From Octopus vulgaris (lineage: Eukaryota), in assembly GCA_951406725.2 (NCBI GenBank), contig OX597822.1, positions 81,406,001 through 81,470,000 of the forward strand: a stretch of 64,000 bases of DNA, given 5' to 3'. The notes under the pieces are model-generated. The model was not told where the DNA came from and made no database searches. It was given only the letters and a program-made list of their open reading frames with translations. Shown piece by piece: positions 13,750 through 27,661 of the stretch. A program made the position numbers and the translations under genes. Numbering within the stretch: position 1 is the stretch's first letter; every line of letters starts with the position of its first letter.

Positions 13750-13930
13750 TGCAAATTTGGGTACAAGGTCAATAATTTCGAGGAAAGGTTAAGTCGATTA
13801 CATCGATCCCAGCGCTCCTCTGGTACTTACTTTATCGACCCCGAGAGGATAAATGGCAAAGCCGACCTCGGCGGGATTTGAACTCAGAATGTAAAAACGG
13901 ACGAAATGCCTCTCAGCAGTTTGTATTAAC
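13750..13930 (-). mobile_element. SINE family B
   Basis: GGTACTTACTTTATCGACCCCGAGAGGATAAATGGCAAAGCCGACCTCGGCGGGATTTGAACTC. Confidence 0.8.
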
Positions 13931-14196
13931 GATTGAAATATTGACCAATTGGAAACAAGATTAGATGGAATTTTAAACATAAGATTAGATTGATAAATAG
14001 CAAAAACAAATGAGAACGCGGCTGCAAGATGGACATTGAGTATTTAACAAAGGCATAAATAAAGATTTCAAATTTTAGGTACAAGGCCAGCAATTTTGAT
14101 TTTAGGATTAAGATGATTACATCGACCATATATGTATATGTATATATACATACACACATACATATATTTACATACGTGCATATATATATAAATATA

Positions 14197-14244
14197 AAGT
14201 TGCTAAAATTATCAAGAAGACTCTGCCTGCCACCGATGTTTTGT

Positions 14245-14330
<86 letters not shown>

Positions 14331-14378
14331 ACAAAACATCGGTGGCAGGCAGAGTCTTCTTGATAATTTTAGCAACTT
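14197..14378. repeat. Perfect 55-bp inverted repeat around a (TA)n spacer (~182-bp palindrome)
   Basis: 14197-14251 is the exact reverse complement of 14324-14378. Confidence 0.95.
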
Positions 14379-14532
14379 CTATGCTGAACTAGAGAGATGT
14401 TCTTTATCTATCTCCTTAACTTCTTGGAGATTTTAGGCATAATTATACTAATGTGTCCATCTGTTCTAATTTAATTAATTTCTATTAATTTCTTTTTAAT
14501 TCTATCGGAGGCGATCCATTCGCTTTTAGTTA

Positions 14533-14564
<32 letters not shown>

Positions 14565-14729
14565 ATGTATATATTATGTATGGGTATGTATATATGCGTG
14601 TGTATTATACATGTATATATACATATAAACCATGTAGCAGAAGGATACACAAGTGCTTCAAACATGCACACACGCATGCTGGCACACATAAACAGATATA
14701 CATACATATATATATGTGTGTGTGTGTGT

Positions 14730-14814
<85 letters not shown>

Positions 14815-16338
14815 TATATATATATATGTATGTATGTAATGTATGTATGCATGTATGTATATATACATATATATATGCATGTGTGTGTGTGTATGTATGT
14901 ATAAGCATGTGTATATGTATAGAAAGTGAGAGAGAGATAAAGCAATGCGACCGATAATTCATCCATCGTGGTTACTCAACGCACTCTTGCCGATAATAGA
15001 AAATCGTCAGACAACATCTTTTATTCAACAATATTTTTATAAAACTATTTTGGAAAAATTTATGAACAATAGAAATATAACAAGGAAAAATTTGTGACTA
15101 GCAGAAAATAGAACGAAATTAGATTGTAGAGCTGAGAGATCAATATTTTAACAATAGGAAAAAGGGAAGTGAACACATCAACAACAGAAGGAATTAATAA
15201 AAGAAAAGAAGTGAGAGCAAGAAATAAGAGATATGAAAAATAAGAGAAGCAAAGTACATCTGTCAGCATATTTTTTGTAATATGTATGCCGTTAACCATC
15301 TAAAGGTTATATGGCCATCTTCATAGGTGTTTCTCAAAGTATCTGCATTTCCAGAAAATCTCTTGTCTAGTTTTCAAATAAATGTTATTGTCATTTAAAT
15401 TTTGGATTTATTTGTTTTGTTTGTGATTTGTTCCTGTTTTTTGAGGATTCATTATTTCTCTGTTGTAAAGAAAAAGATCTTTTTCTTTGTTCTTCAATAA
15501 TTACCTATTTAATGTTGTTGTTAACTTCTTTTCTTTAAATACCCAGATGTACGAATTTGCTACTTATGTCTCATGTAAATATAACAGATGTACGACTGTA
15601 CATTGTTTGCTTGAACTCCCCATAAGTCGAGAAATGGGTATTGTTTACATGCCTAGTCGAAGTTTCGTCTTACAGGGGTAACATCTGTTTCGTAAATTAT
15701 GGCTTGTATATCGCAACTCAATTGTTCTGCTTAGGTGTGTGAAGTGCCCAAGTATGTGGAGTACTCAGCCATTAGAAAGTTAATTCCACGAGTACGCTGT
15801 TCCGTTGATCGGATCAACTGATGCACTAGTCGTAACAGGCATAATACCAGTTCAGAGCGAGTGACTGTGTATTCCGCAAACACATATACCTTTATCAATA
15901 TCTTCACGCAGAGTCAACGTGAAAGGGTGCCACGTGATTGAACCATAGAATTACAGGTACACTCCATCCCTCCAGGCTACGATACAGTTCCGCCTAATGA
16001 ATTGCAGTCAAAATCATTTAGTCAATCAACATCTTGATAAAGGTCACTTCCCCAGCTGGCTGCGCCATGGCCTCGAACGCACTGACTCCTTCTTGCGAAG
16101 CGAAATTCTTCTCCACACAGCCATGACTTTGTCCATATAGTGAAAATATGAACACATGCGTGTCCGCTCATATTGAGACACATGCACTTGTATTTCCATC
16201 GACATTGCAAAGTGAATGCTTGCATGGTTCCACCATTCCATACATACACACGTCTACACCTTAAACATATGCACACTTATACATGCATAAACAAAAAGAG
16301 TACGCACACACACAAAAGCATATACAGATATACATATA

Positions 16339-16390
<52 letters not shown>

Positions 16391-16465
16391 TATATATATA
16401 TAAGTGTATGTATGCATGCATAAGTATATTTATGCATATATATGCACCTATATATATTTATATAT

Positions 16466-16511
<46 letters not shown>

Positions 16512-16583
16512 GGTCCCGGGTTGATTCGGGGTTAACCACAGTAAATAAGGTACTCAATACATAGCAGAGTAAAATTAATTTAT

Positions 16584-16692
16584 TATATAGAAGGAGCTTC
16601 TACAGGACTAGAACTGTTTCATTCAAGAGAAATCTGAAGAGCTTCCTGAAGATTTCTCTTGAATGAAACAGTTCTAGTCCTGTAGAAGCTCC

Positions 16693-16701
<9 letters not shown>
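16584..16701. repeat. Perfect 51-bp inverted repeat with a 16-bp spacer
   Basis: 16584-16634 is the reverse complement of 16651-16701; the cassette is flanked by (TA)n arrays. Confidence 0.95.
16639..16691 (+). ncRNA. Type I hammerhead ribozyme motif
   Basis: Stem I GAGCTTC/GAAGCTC; core CTGAAGA; stem II T-TTC-TCTT-GAA-T; GAAA; stem III ACAG/CTGT with loop TTCTAGTC; GUA triplet, predicted cut after 16684. Confidence 0.8.
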
Positions 16702-16724
<23 letters not shown>

Positions 16725-16726
<2 letters not shown>

Positions 16727-16934
16727 CTCTTTACTCTTTTACTCTTTTACTTGTTTCAGTCATTTGACTGCGGCCATGCTGGAGCACCGCCTTTAGTCGA
16801 GCAAATCGACCCCGGGACTTATTCTTTGTAAGCCCAGTATTTATTCTATCGGTCTCTTTTGCTGAACCACTAAGTTACGGGAACGTAAACACACCAGCAT
16901 CGGTTGTCAAGCAATGCTAGGGGGACAAACACAG

Positions 16935-16995
<61 letters not shown>

Positions 16996-17088
16996 CACAT
17001 ATATACGACAGGCTTCTTTCAGTTTCCGTCTACCAAATCCACTCACAAGGCATTGGTCGGCCCGGGGATATAGCAAGAAGACACTTTC

Positions 17089-17090
<2 letters not shown>
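16725..17090 (-). mobile_element. SINE family A, head truncated
   Basis: Reverse complement of family A body and tail. Confidence 0.88.
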
Positions 17091-17165
<75 letters not shown>

Positions 17166-17432
17166 GCATATATGTATATACATACACATATATATATAAA
17201 TACATACATACATATATATATACGTACATACGTACGTAAAATATATAGGGTAGCGAGTCTTTCTTTAGAAATTTCACTACCACTGGCCTACCTTGAATAA
17301 AAAAAGTCAATAGACAACATATTCTCAATATAAAATAGTGTACATTTAAACACAAGAGAGGCAGCTTCTCTTGTGTATAAATGTACACTATTTTATATTG
17401 AGAATATGTACATACATACATATATATATATG

Positions 17433-17539
<107 letters not shown>

Positions 17540-17921
17540 ATATCTATGTATACGTACGTAGGCATTAAATGTATACACTTGCCGGTTAAAACGCTTTCGA
17601 GTTTTCAGAAAATCAAAGAGTACCTGTCAATTTTACATAGCTTTCACATGAAAACACCAAAATTCACATGCACACACAGTCGCGCATGCGCAGACGCCGA
17701 CATGACAATATACATGCATAGAGCTTTGTATTTATCTATGTGTAGATTTGTGCATATGTATGTAAATATATGTTCAGGTGCATGTCTGTGTTTGTGCGTG
17801 TATTACGTGGTGGTGGTGATTTTTGGCGTGATTTCTGTTGTGTTTTTATTGTTGGGGTGATGGTGGATGTGCTTATGTTGCTTTTGTTATATACGTGTAT
17901 GCGTGCGTATGTTTTTGCATA

Positions 17922-18048
<127 letters not shown>

Positions 18049-18119
18049 CATATATATACACCTATACATGCATATATAGAGAGAGATATGCATTAATATA
18101 TATGCGCACATATAAACTC

Positions 18120-18150
<31 letters not shown>

Positions 18151-18259
18151 AGTGTATTATGTATGTATATATATATGAGTGTGTATATATATGTATGTAT
18201 GTATATATATATGTATATATAAATATATATATATATATTTATATTTATATTTACATTTA

Positions 18260-18301
<42 letters not shown>

Positions 18302-18917
18302 TACAGAAATACACCTGCCCACAGAAATAATATATGTATGTATATGCATACATACACACATATCTAAATACATACACACATGCATACATACATACACACA
18401 CACATACATACATACAAACAAACAAACATACATACATACATACATACATACATACATACATACATACATACATACATACATACATACATACATACATACA
18501 TAGCTTTTGTTCCATGTCTCCCAAATAACAATGGACTAGCAGAGTTATTGTAGTTGGCCATTCAGATGACATAACAATAAATTTCATGAAACGATAAACG
18601 AGACGTCTGTCTGGTAAACAATACATGAGAAACCTGTTATTAATATTCTGGCTATGAAGAGGGCGGTGGATGGGCAGAAGCGGTGTAAAACCACCAACAA
18701 AATGCCATTGTGTTATTTCGTTACGATACTTGACATTTTGAGTTCAAATTCTGCTACTTGCCTTTTATGGTACTCAAGTTGATAAAGTAAGTACTAGTTG
18801 GTTAATTTGATAAAGTAAGTACAAAACAACATCAGTATATCCAACTAGCGACAACTTCATTATCATCATCACTACCATCGACTTTATAGTTCTCCAGAAA
18901 AAGTTACCATTGTCTGG

Positions 18918-19240
18918 ACTGGCTGTGTGGCAAGAAATGTGCTTCTTAACCCCATGGTTCCATGTTCAGTCCCAAGTGTCTTCTACTACAGCCTCGGGCC
19001 GAATAAAGCCTTGTGAGTAAATTTGGAAGGAGGAAACTGAAAGATGCCCGTAGTATGTGTGTGTGTGTATTTCTCTCCACCACCACTTGACAACTTGACA
19101 ATTGGTGTGTTTACGTCCCTGTAACTTAGCGGTTCAGCAAAAGAGATCGATAGAATACTGGGGTTGATTAATTCGACGAAAATTCTTCAAGGCGGTGCCC
19201 CAGCAGGGCTAATGTTTTGTGACCGAAACAAGTAAAACAT
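18918..19240 (+). mobile_element. SINE family A, diverged
   Basis: TGGCTGTGTGG head and CAAGGCGGTGCCCCAGCA...GAAACAAGTAAAA tail. Confidence 0.8.
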
Positions 19241-19742
19241 TAAAGACTTGTGCCAACATTGAAAGAAATCTCTGTGAAACCTGAAATGTCCGCCGATCGC
19301 TCGGACGATTAAAAACCAGCGAACACAGCGCTATATTTCATTTTTAATCTTGTCGCTGCTCTATCACATCCATGAGTTCGGTGAAATCGCTGTTGTTGTC
19401 GTCGTCGTCGTTGTTGTTGTTGTTGATGTTATTGTTGTTGCTGTTGTTAACTTAACCGGTTTCATTTATTGAAAAAGGTTTTCCAAAGTAAAGTTTGAAG
19501 CTTTGTGTACCCCCAAACCTTTTCTTATCGTTGTCAAAGACTATATCGCTTAATTTGAATACATTTATTCAAACTAATTTATGACACCACAGAAGATACG
19601 TAAAGCCTCATACTTTACTTTTGAAAATCTTTTTAAATAAGTGAAACCAGTTAAGTTAAATACTTTAAAATAACTCCTGCATTTTCAGATTCTTTCCTTT
19701 ATACTTTTACTCATGCGGTAACCCCAAACTTACGCTGTTGTA

Positions 19743-19803
<61 letters not shown>

Positions 19804-19984
19804 GCACTGTATAACACATTAATTAAAATTTATTCAAAGGAAATACGCAGTGTGCCGTTGATAAATAAACAAAGAATCGCACATACTATATGGAAATCGA
19901 AACTTGGGAAGCGAGTCTATGGTGTTGTTTTGTATTTATGATAAAATAAATATATACAAATTATAAAAATAATAAAAGAATATA

Positions 19985-20073
19985 CAGTACTGCACTGTTT
20001 CTACTTCGCGGATTTTCACTCATCGCGGGTGGAGTTTGGAGCATAAGACCCGCAATAGTCGTGGGATTACTGT
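19985..20073. mobile_element. Tigger/pogo-like DNA transposon terminus
   Basis: CTTCGCGGATTTTCACTCATCGCGG...CCCGCAATAGTCGTGGGATTACTG-TA resembles pogo/Tigger ends (…ACTG followed by a TA target). Confidence 0.45.
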
Positions 20074-20589
20074 AAGTCGTACGCATTCGCTTGCTTTCTT
20101 CCAAAATATTTAATGCTATTAGCTTATATTTTGGAGGCCAGCCAAATTTGAATAGTCTGAAGTGTAACCGGCCGAAACTGTAAGGATAATCAGGAAACTT
20201 GACTGAGGATAGAAAGCCACGAATGACCCGTCCTTGTTTTTTCCTGGCCGTCATTTTGCTGTTTTTTTCTATCCGTCTTTACATCGTCTATCTGATTTAG
20301 GATGTTGGTAATCGCATCTATTTTGGGCGAGACTACGCATGTGAGTGCATGTAACTGTAGACAGAGAGCGAGAGATAAAGAGAAAAATGCAAACAGACAG
20401 AGAAAGAGGTAGACAGGGAAATAGAAAGTGAGAAATACATGGATGGATCAGTAATATCTGGGGAAACTAAGGCTTGAACTAATCTCTGCATTACAACTTA
20501 CTAGGAATGATTTTTAAATTGACCTGTTTTGACAGCACTTTGTCATCATTTCAAGCACACACACACACATGGTTGACTGAGTAGTATAT

Positions 20590-20593
<4 letters not shown>

Positions 20594-20651
<58 letters not shown>

Positions 20652-20711
20652 GTAGGTAGGTAGGTAGGTAGGTAGGTAGGTAGGTAGGTAGGTAGGTTAT
20701 AGATAGATAGC

Positions 20712-20802
<91 letters not shown>
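20594..20802. repeat. (GATA)n/(GGTA)n microsatellite
   Basis: Directly visible. Confidence 0.95.
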
Positions 20803-20803
<1 letters not shown>

Positions 20804-20804
20804 C

Positions 20805-20982
20805 CACTTTTAGTTTCCGTCTACCAAATCCACTCGCAAGGTTTTGGTTGAACCGAGGCCATAGGAGAAGGAACTTGACCAAGGTGCTACGCTGTGGGAT
20901 TGAATCCGGAACAATATAGTTGGAAGGCAAAATTACTGACACACAGAGACGCCAACGCCATTTCGCAGCCATGTCTGCGCCT
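20805..20982 (-). mobile_element. SINE family A, 5' half
   Basis: TTTCCGTCTACCAAATCCACTC...CAGCCATGTCTGCGCC. Confidence 0.75.
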
Positions 20983-21650
20983 ATTTAGTAGGACAAGAAC
21001 TTTGAATTAATGATCACGGAAGAAAGAAGACGGATCAAGAGATATATAGAAATGACATATACCTTTTTTTTTCCTCTGCTTATTACGATGTTCTTAATAT
21101 TTCTGATCAGTGGTTATGGCGTTTAGCACTATTTCGTTCTTTTTAGAAATCACAATAATGGCATAACCTGAGATATATTAATTAAGCATATTATTATAAA
21201 GCAAGACATGTATTACAGATGGAAAATAATTGCAGTCGGGAAGAAATTCATGAAACGGATGTCTTGCTTCGAGTTTTCGTTTTTTATTCTTTTCCTTCGA
21301 ATTACGTTTGTAGTTTAGCAAATTACCTATTTAAACGCAAAAATTATTTTTAAGAGAAATTTTAATTTAACCATGTATAGGGATATCACGAAATATCTTC
21401 CAGATCCTAATTAATGATCTATGGAGCCACAAGTTTCGCGCTTTTATTAATGTTTTATATGTGTTATTATTTATTTTTATTATTTATACACACATGTGTA
21501 GATGTATGTATGTATGTATGTACGTACGTATGTTTGTACGTATGTATGTATGTACGTACGTATGTATGTATGTACGTACGTATGTATGTACGTACGTATG
21601 TATGTATGTATGTGCGTACGTATGTATGTATGCATGTGTATGTATGTATG

Positions 21651-21760
21651 TCATTATTCAGTATATTTGGAGATTTCTTGCCAGTAGAGAAAGAACCGGT
21701 TTCTAACCTAGATCCAAGGTTCCTTCATTGGAATTTCAACACCAACAACAGGTTATTTTT
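21651..21760 (+). mobile_element. ~110-bp element inside a (TATG)n array, copy 1 of 3
   Basis: TCATTATTCAG...GAAAGAACCGGTTTCTAACCTAGATCCAAGG...CAACAACAGGTTATTTTT; homologous to 35944-36053 and 46918-46994. Strand is arbitrary. Confidence 0.8.
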
Positions 21761-22276
21761 ATATGTATGTATGTATGTATGTATGTATACATGTATGTAT
21801 TATGTATGTATATATGTATGTATATATGAATGTGATATATGTATGTATATATGTATGTAATGTATGTATGTATGTATGTATGTATGTATGTATGTTTGTA
21901 TGTATGTATGTATGTATGTAATGTATGTATGTATGATGTATAGTAGAACGAGAAAAAACAGATTGAAAAACACGCACAATGCGTAGACGCGCTCATCCCT
22001 CATCAGTTGTCGTTGACTAAATTGCGCACCATTATGGGTAAGGTCGTTCATTTTGAAGGCATCAAATGCAAAAACGCTGTTGGGAAAGGTGGGCAGACAC
22101 GAAAGACGGAATGATACCAGTGAAACAAGACGGACAGAGTCTGTAGACCGATCGGTAGAATAAATAGAAACCGATAAAGCGACGACGGTAACGAAAGCAG
22201 AAGTAAATGACACAAGTATTATTTTATAAGCGCGTACGTGCCTTTGTTGTTTTTGTTATTTTAATGCTCGATTTGG

Positions 22277-22347
<71 letters not shown>

Positions 22348-22559
22348 GGTATATGAGATCCTATAAATATGATGGAGAAAGGGAAAGAGATCGTGAAACT
22401 GCTAAGTTGTCATGGTAAACAGGAGGTGAGTTGAGAGAAGTTTAGAAAGAGCATGTCTGGGAGAGAGAGAGAGAGAGAGAGAGAGGGTAGAGGGTGGGAA
22501 AGAAGGTGAAAAGACAGACTTAAAGGAGAGGATTGAAGAGTGCAGAGGAATAAGACAGA

Positions 22560-22642
22560 CAAACAAAGAAAGAAAAAAAGAAACAAACAAAGAAAAGAAA
22601 GAAAGAAAGAAAGAAAGAAAAAGGAAAGAAAGAAAGAAGGAT

Positions 22643-22701
<59 letters not shown>

Positions 22702-22713
22702 ACGAAAGAACGA

Positions 22714-22793
<80 letters not shown>

Positions 22794-22800
22794 ATGAAAG
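22560..22800. repeat. (AAAG)n microsatellite
   Basis: Directly visible. Confidence 0.95.
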
Positions 22801-23152
22801 AAAGTGCAAGGTTAATCGAGAGTAAGATGAAGAAGTGAGAAAATAAAGAAAATGTAATCTGAAAATGTAATCTGAAATGGAGAATGAAAAGGCGAGAGAA
22901 ATGAGAGGAAGACAAGTAAGAATGTGTGTGTGTGTGTGTGTGTCTTTATATGTGTGTATATGCCCGCTTATGCGTGTGTATGTGCGTGTGTTTGCATATG
23001 TCTGTATATGTCATTGTGTGCATATGGGGGCACCGGTATTCATGGGCACATGCGTGTGTGTTTGTATAGTTTTCTGTATGTGTGTGCATCTGTATATGTG
23101 GGTGTCTGTACGTGTATCGCTCTCTATACGTGTGTGTCTCTATATGTATGTT

Positions 23153-23183
<31 letters not shown>

Positions 23184-23432
23184 ATTACGTAGAGAAAGTG
23201 GGAAAGGCTGAGGATGGAAAAGGACAAAGTGAGATAAAGAAGAGAAATTCATCGGACATTCTCACTTTGACTTTCAACTTTGACATTTACTCAATATTTT
23301 ACCGTTTCTGGCAAATTCCATCTCAATTGGCTTTCCTTTCATCTCAGAATGGCTTTGCTTTTTCTTTTCTATTTTTCCTCCCTATCTATTTACTTCTAAT
23401 TTCTCATCAAGCCCTTCTTCAGCCTATTTTCA

Positions 23433-23510
<78 letters not shown>

Positions 23511-23525
23511 ATCAATCTAACTATA

Positions 23526-23581
<56 letters not shown>

Positions 23582-23969
23582 GTCGTCTTTTATCATTGTT
23601 TTGCTTTCTCTTTCACTTCTCCGCTTTCTAACATTCTTATCCTCTTACTTCTTACAAACAGTTTTATTCTCTATCTTTCAGAATTCCAATCTCTTATTTT
23701 CACTTATTACGTCTGACGTGTTTTTAGCTTCTTTCCTAGTAAATACCTTGTGCTACCTATCGTCTCTTAATAATGGTTTCTGTTTGGACGTTGTTTGTGT
23801 TACATTCGTCTTTAGCTTTACGTTGAAAGGCGAGTTTAACTCAGAGATATTTCTTTTTCTGATCTTATTTGCGTTACAGTTTCGTCCATGGCTTTGGCTA
23901 CATTTTCTTACTTTATTTCAAACCTGCCCGCTTTAGAGTTCCATTTTAGAATGGTGCTATTTTTTCGAA

Positions 23970-26900
23970 AGTTAAAGGTCTGCTTGCAAAACAGATTTTA
24001 AGAATAAAAATTTTTTCTAGCGCAGCAACGTACTGCTAACAAAGGAAGAGCTGCTAACAGGGCAAAGACTTGACAAAACTGCTGCTATGCTAAATAAACG
24101 AAGCTCTTTCAAAAAGAATTATCCTGACATACCTTTTAAAACTAAAATTTCTGCTAACACACGGGAAGACTGTTAACTAAACAAATCAGGAGCTAACAGA
24201 GCGAAATCTGACAAAATAAAATATTTGCTAAAAAATTATGGTTTTTTAACAAACAATATTTGCTAACGCAACAATGGTTTGCTAAGAAAATTGAATCTGT
24301 ATGAGAAAAAAACTGCTGATACGACAACGGTTTTGTAACAAAAGGAAATTCGTTTAAGAGGAAAGAGGTGGAGAAAACAGAGAAAATGTCCACCAACAGA
24401 TGTAAGGCCTTTCAACAAACGTCTGCTAACAAAGCAAAGACATTAAAGCAACAAACACCGGCGGAAGGCACAAACGTATGCTAAATAAATAAAGGTCATT
24501 TAACGGAATCATTTCCTCAAACAAAACGAAACTCCGCTGATACATGAATTATAAGGAAATAAATGAGATGCTAACAAAGCAAAGTTCTTTCAAAAGCAAA
24601 TGGTTGTCTAACACAGCAAAGATATACCACAAAAAGAAAAGACGTGCAGAGTTAAAAGCCTGCAAAAAACATAAATTTATGCTCACAAAATAAGGGTCTT
24701 TTAAAACAAAATTTCCTGCTAACACAACAGAGTCCTACTAAGACAATGACGTTTTCTGATAGAATGACGAAGGTGCTAAGTGAGCAAAAGGTGTTTTCGC
24801 ATAAAACGTCCTCCTAACACAGAAAAGCTCGTACTAACTCATCAAATTTGTGCTGAAAAACAAGACATATGCTACGAATACAAACAGCTATGAAGAAGAA
24901 AAAAGTCATCTGCTAGCAAAACAATGGTATTTTAACGCAAAAAGTTCTGTTCACAGAGTAAAGATTTGCTAACAAAATAATAAGGTGCTAATAGCACATA
25001 GTCTGTCAAAAAATCAAAGATCTGCTAACAATAAAAACGATTGCTATTTTGCTATTATAACAAAGTTCTTTAAGACGGCGAGCTGGTAGAATTGTGAACA
25101 CCCCGGGTAATATGCTTAGCGGTATTTCGTCCGTTTTTACGTTCTGGGTTCAAATTCCGCCGAGATCGACTTTACCTTTCATCCTTTCGGGGTCGAGGAA
25201 ATAAGTACCAGGTGGACACTGGGGTCGATATAGCTGACTTACTACCTCCCTTGAAAATTGCTGGCCTTGTGCCAAAACATGAAATCAAAAATTTGCCAAT
25301 GCAAAAATGGTCTGCTGAAAAAAGAAACGAGGTTCTAATAGAGTAAAAGACTGCTGGCACAGCAAAGGTTTCTTAACAACAGAAAGTTCTGTTAACACAA
25401 AAAAGAGGCGAGAACGGAGAAAATATCTGCTGAATAAAGATTTTTAGACAAACAGTTTTATTACAGTATAGGTCTGCAAGAACACATAACAAATGGTGAA
25501 AGAGCAAAGTTCTTTTGATACAAATATTCTAACACAACAGAGCTCTGTTAACATTTTAAAGGTCTACTTATATCGTTTAATAAAAAAAAAAAGAGTTCCG
25601 CTTTACTGAAACTCTGCAATTACAACGAAAGTTTTCTAAAAAATAAACAAACGTGCTAACAGAGCAAATATCTGGTAACCCAAAACACTCCTCTAACACA
25701 ACGAAGGTCTGGCACCAAAATGAAGGAGGTACTAACAGAATAGATTTCAGCAAAAAATACAACTTTATGCTTGTATATCAACGGTCTTTCATCACAAAAT
25801 TTTCTCCTAAAACAACAAAGCTCTGATAACAAAACAAAGAAAATAAAGGAAGTGCTTCTAGGAGACTAAAGGAAGTGCTAACATCCTTTTTTTGTTTTGT
25901 TTTTTGTTTGTTTTTTTTTTACACGAAAACTTCTTCTAACACAGCAAATTCTTACTAACTTAACATGCGTCTGCTGAAAAAAACAAAGCAGTTGCTCACA
26001 GAACAAAGGCCTGCGAGCACAACAAAGGTGTGCAAACAATAGAAAGTTCTGTTAACAGAGAAAAGTTTTTGAGAACAGGGAATATTTCTGCTAACAAAAC
26101 TATGGTCTTTAACTCTTAAACGGGGGCGGGAAGAGTTGCATAACTGTACATGCCGTGGGGCAAGAGCAAGAGAAAAAGAGAAAAGGTCTGCTAATAAACA
26201 AATTACAGCTAAAGAAACAAATGTCTTTTAAAACAAGAAGTTCCGTTACCAAAACAAATGCCTTCTGGCATAGAAACTACTGTTAAATGAGAAAAAAAAC
26301 TGCTAACAAAACAAATAAAATGCTCACAGAAAATTCTATCACGAAAATGCAAGGTCTGCAAAAAGTAAAAATATTAGATAACGCAACAAATATTTTCTGA
26401 TTAAATATACATGGAGCTGAAAGAGCAAAATTCTCACAAATCCAATGAAATGCTATCAGGCAAAAGTTTGCCAGAATATCATAAGTCTGCCAACAAGGCA
26501 AGTACTTGTTCATAAAACAAGGATCATTTTACAAAAGAATTTCCTTAACACGACAGTCTGCTAAATAAATGGGGATCAAATAACAAAGGATTTCTAAAAG
26601 TATAAATCCCTGTTACAAAATGTAAGTTCTGGTAACACAATAAAAAAGAAGATAAGAACAGAGAATGTCAACGAATATAAGTAAGGTCTTAATACAAAAA
26701 GATCTAATACCGCAAAGGTCTGCTAAAACTACAAAAGAGGTGCTAAGAGAGCAAAGATCAGCTTAAACACAGATTTATGCTAACCAAACTACGGTCACTT
26801 AACAAATATCTTTCGACCAAAATATTAAAGCCTTTCTAATAGGGAAAATAGGGAAAATTCTGACAAAGCAAATGTCTTTTAATTCAAAATGTTCTTCAAA

Positions 26901-27250
26901 CACTGTAAAATTATAATAACTCAACGAACATATATTCTAAAGAGCCAGTCGACCTGCTCTGATATAAATGTCTGCAGCAAAACAATGATCTGCAAAAAGT
27001 GAAATAAGTAGCAAGAGAACCTACTTATTTCAACGCAAAATGTTCTACGAGCAAAGGTTCTATATTTCTGCTAATGCAACAAATGTCTGCCAACAAACCA
27101 AATGAGGGTCTAATAGGGAATTGTCTCAGAAAATTAAAAGTTCGGTTAAGAACACTAGTGTTTTTTAATAAATTCTGTTAACGCAACTATTTTCTAATAA
27201 ACAATAGGTGCTCACAGACCCAGCGAGCGACTCGTTTTTCTAAAGTAAAG
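23970..27250. repeat. Degenerate ~18-20-bp minisatellite, approximate unit GGTCTGCTAACAAAACAAA
   Basis: Dozens of TGCTAAC(A)/GCAAAG variants at short spacing with strong A-rich strand bias; interrupted by a SINE at 25074. Confidence 0.75.
25074..25286 (+). mobile_element. SINE family B
   Basis: GACGGCGAGCTGGTAGAA...GGTTCAAATTCCGCCGAG...CCTTTCATCCTTTCGGGGTCGAG. Confidence 0.88.
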
Positions 27251-27620
27251 AAAGTTCTATCAGAAGAAAAATGTTTATCGCCACACTTCAATATAGTCGT
27301 TCCGTAGGAACCGACGTTACTACCGTCTTTAACTCCATCACTCCTCAGTATAGTTACTATTTTTATCTTTACTAGATATTTTCTAACTAACTGGTTGTTA
27401 CTTAGAAATAGTACATTTCTAAATCTCTGAGGGATTTATGCAGTAGTAGCACGATAAAGTTATAGCATGTTGTCAACTTAATGTGACAGTCCCATGAAAG
27501 GGAAGCACGCTACTGTTATTTAGCCCTAGGAAACACCATTTCCTGTTGAACTTGACACATTTCCTGTGTCCTTATGTTTTCAAAGTGAAGACAAGCACAT
27601 CCACCCAGCAAAGCCAGCAC

Positions 27621-27661
27621 CCAGAGACTAGTTTCAGAGTCATTGCTCATCATCAGTCTGG
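27621..27661 (-). ncRNA. Minimal type I hammerhead ribozyme motif
   Basis: Minus strand: CCAGA-CTGATGA-T-GAG-CAATGA-CTC-T-GAAAC-TA-GTC^TCTGG. Intact core, palindromic stem III (ACTAGT), and stem I extendable over ~27605-27680. Confidence 0.85.

Noticed and set aside
20190-20240. CTGAGGA...CGAATGACCCGTC
   Set aside because: No GAAA at the proper position and no convincing stem II.
21940-22215. CpG-rich unique segment with a minus-strand CTGATGA and a 137-aa ORF
   Set aside because: No GAAA or stems; the ORF has no recognisable domain and runs into a microsatellite.
23970-27250. CRISPR-like or coding-repeat interpretation of the periodic block
   Set aside because: Units are degenerate with no constant repeat plus unique spacers, there are no cas genes, the context is eukaryotic, and no long ORF spans it.
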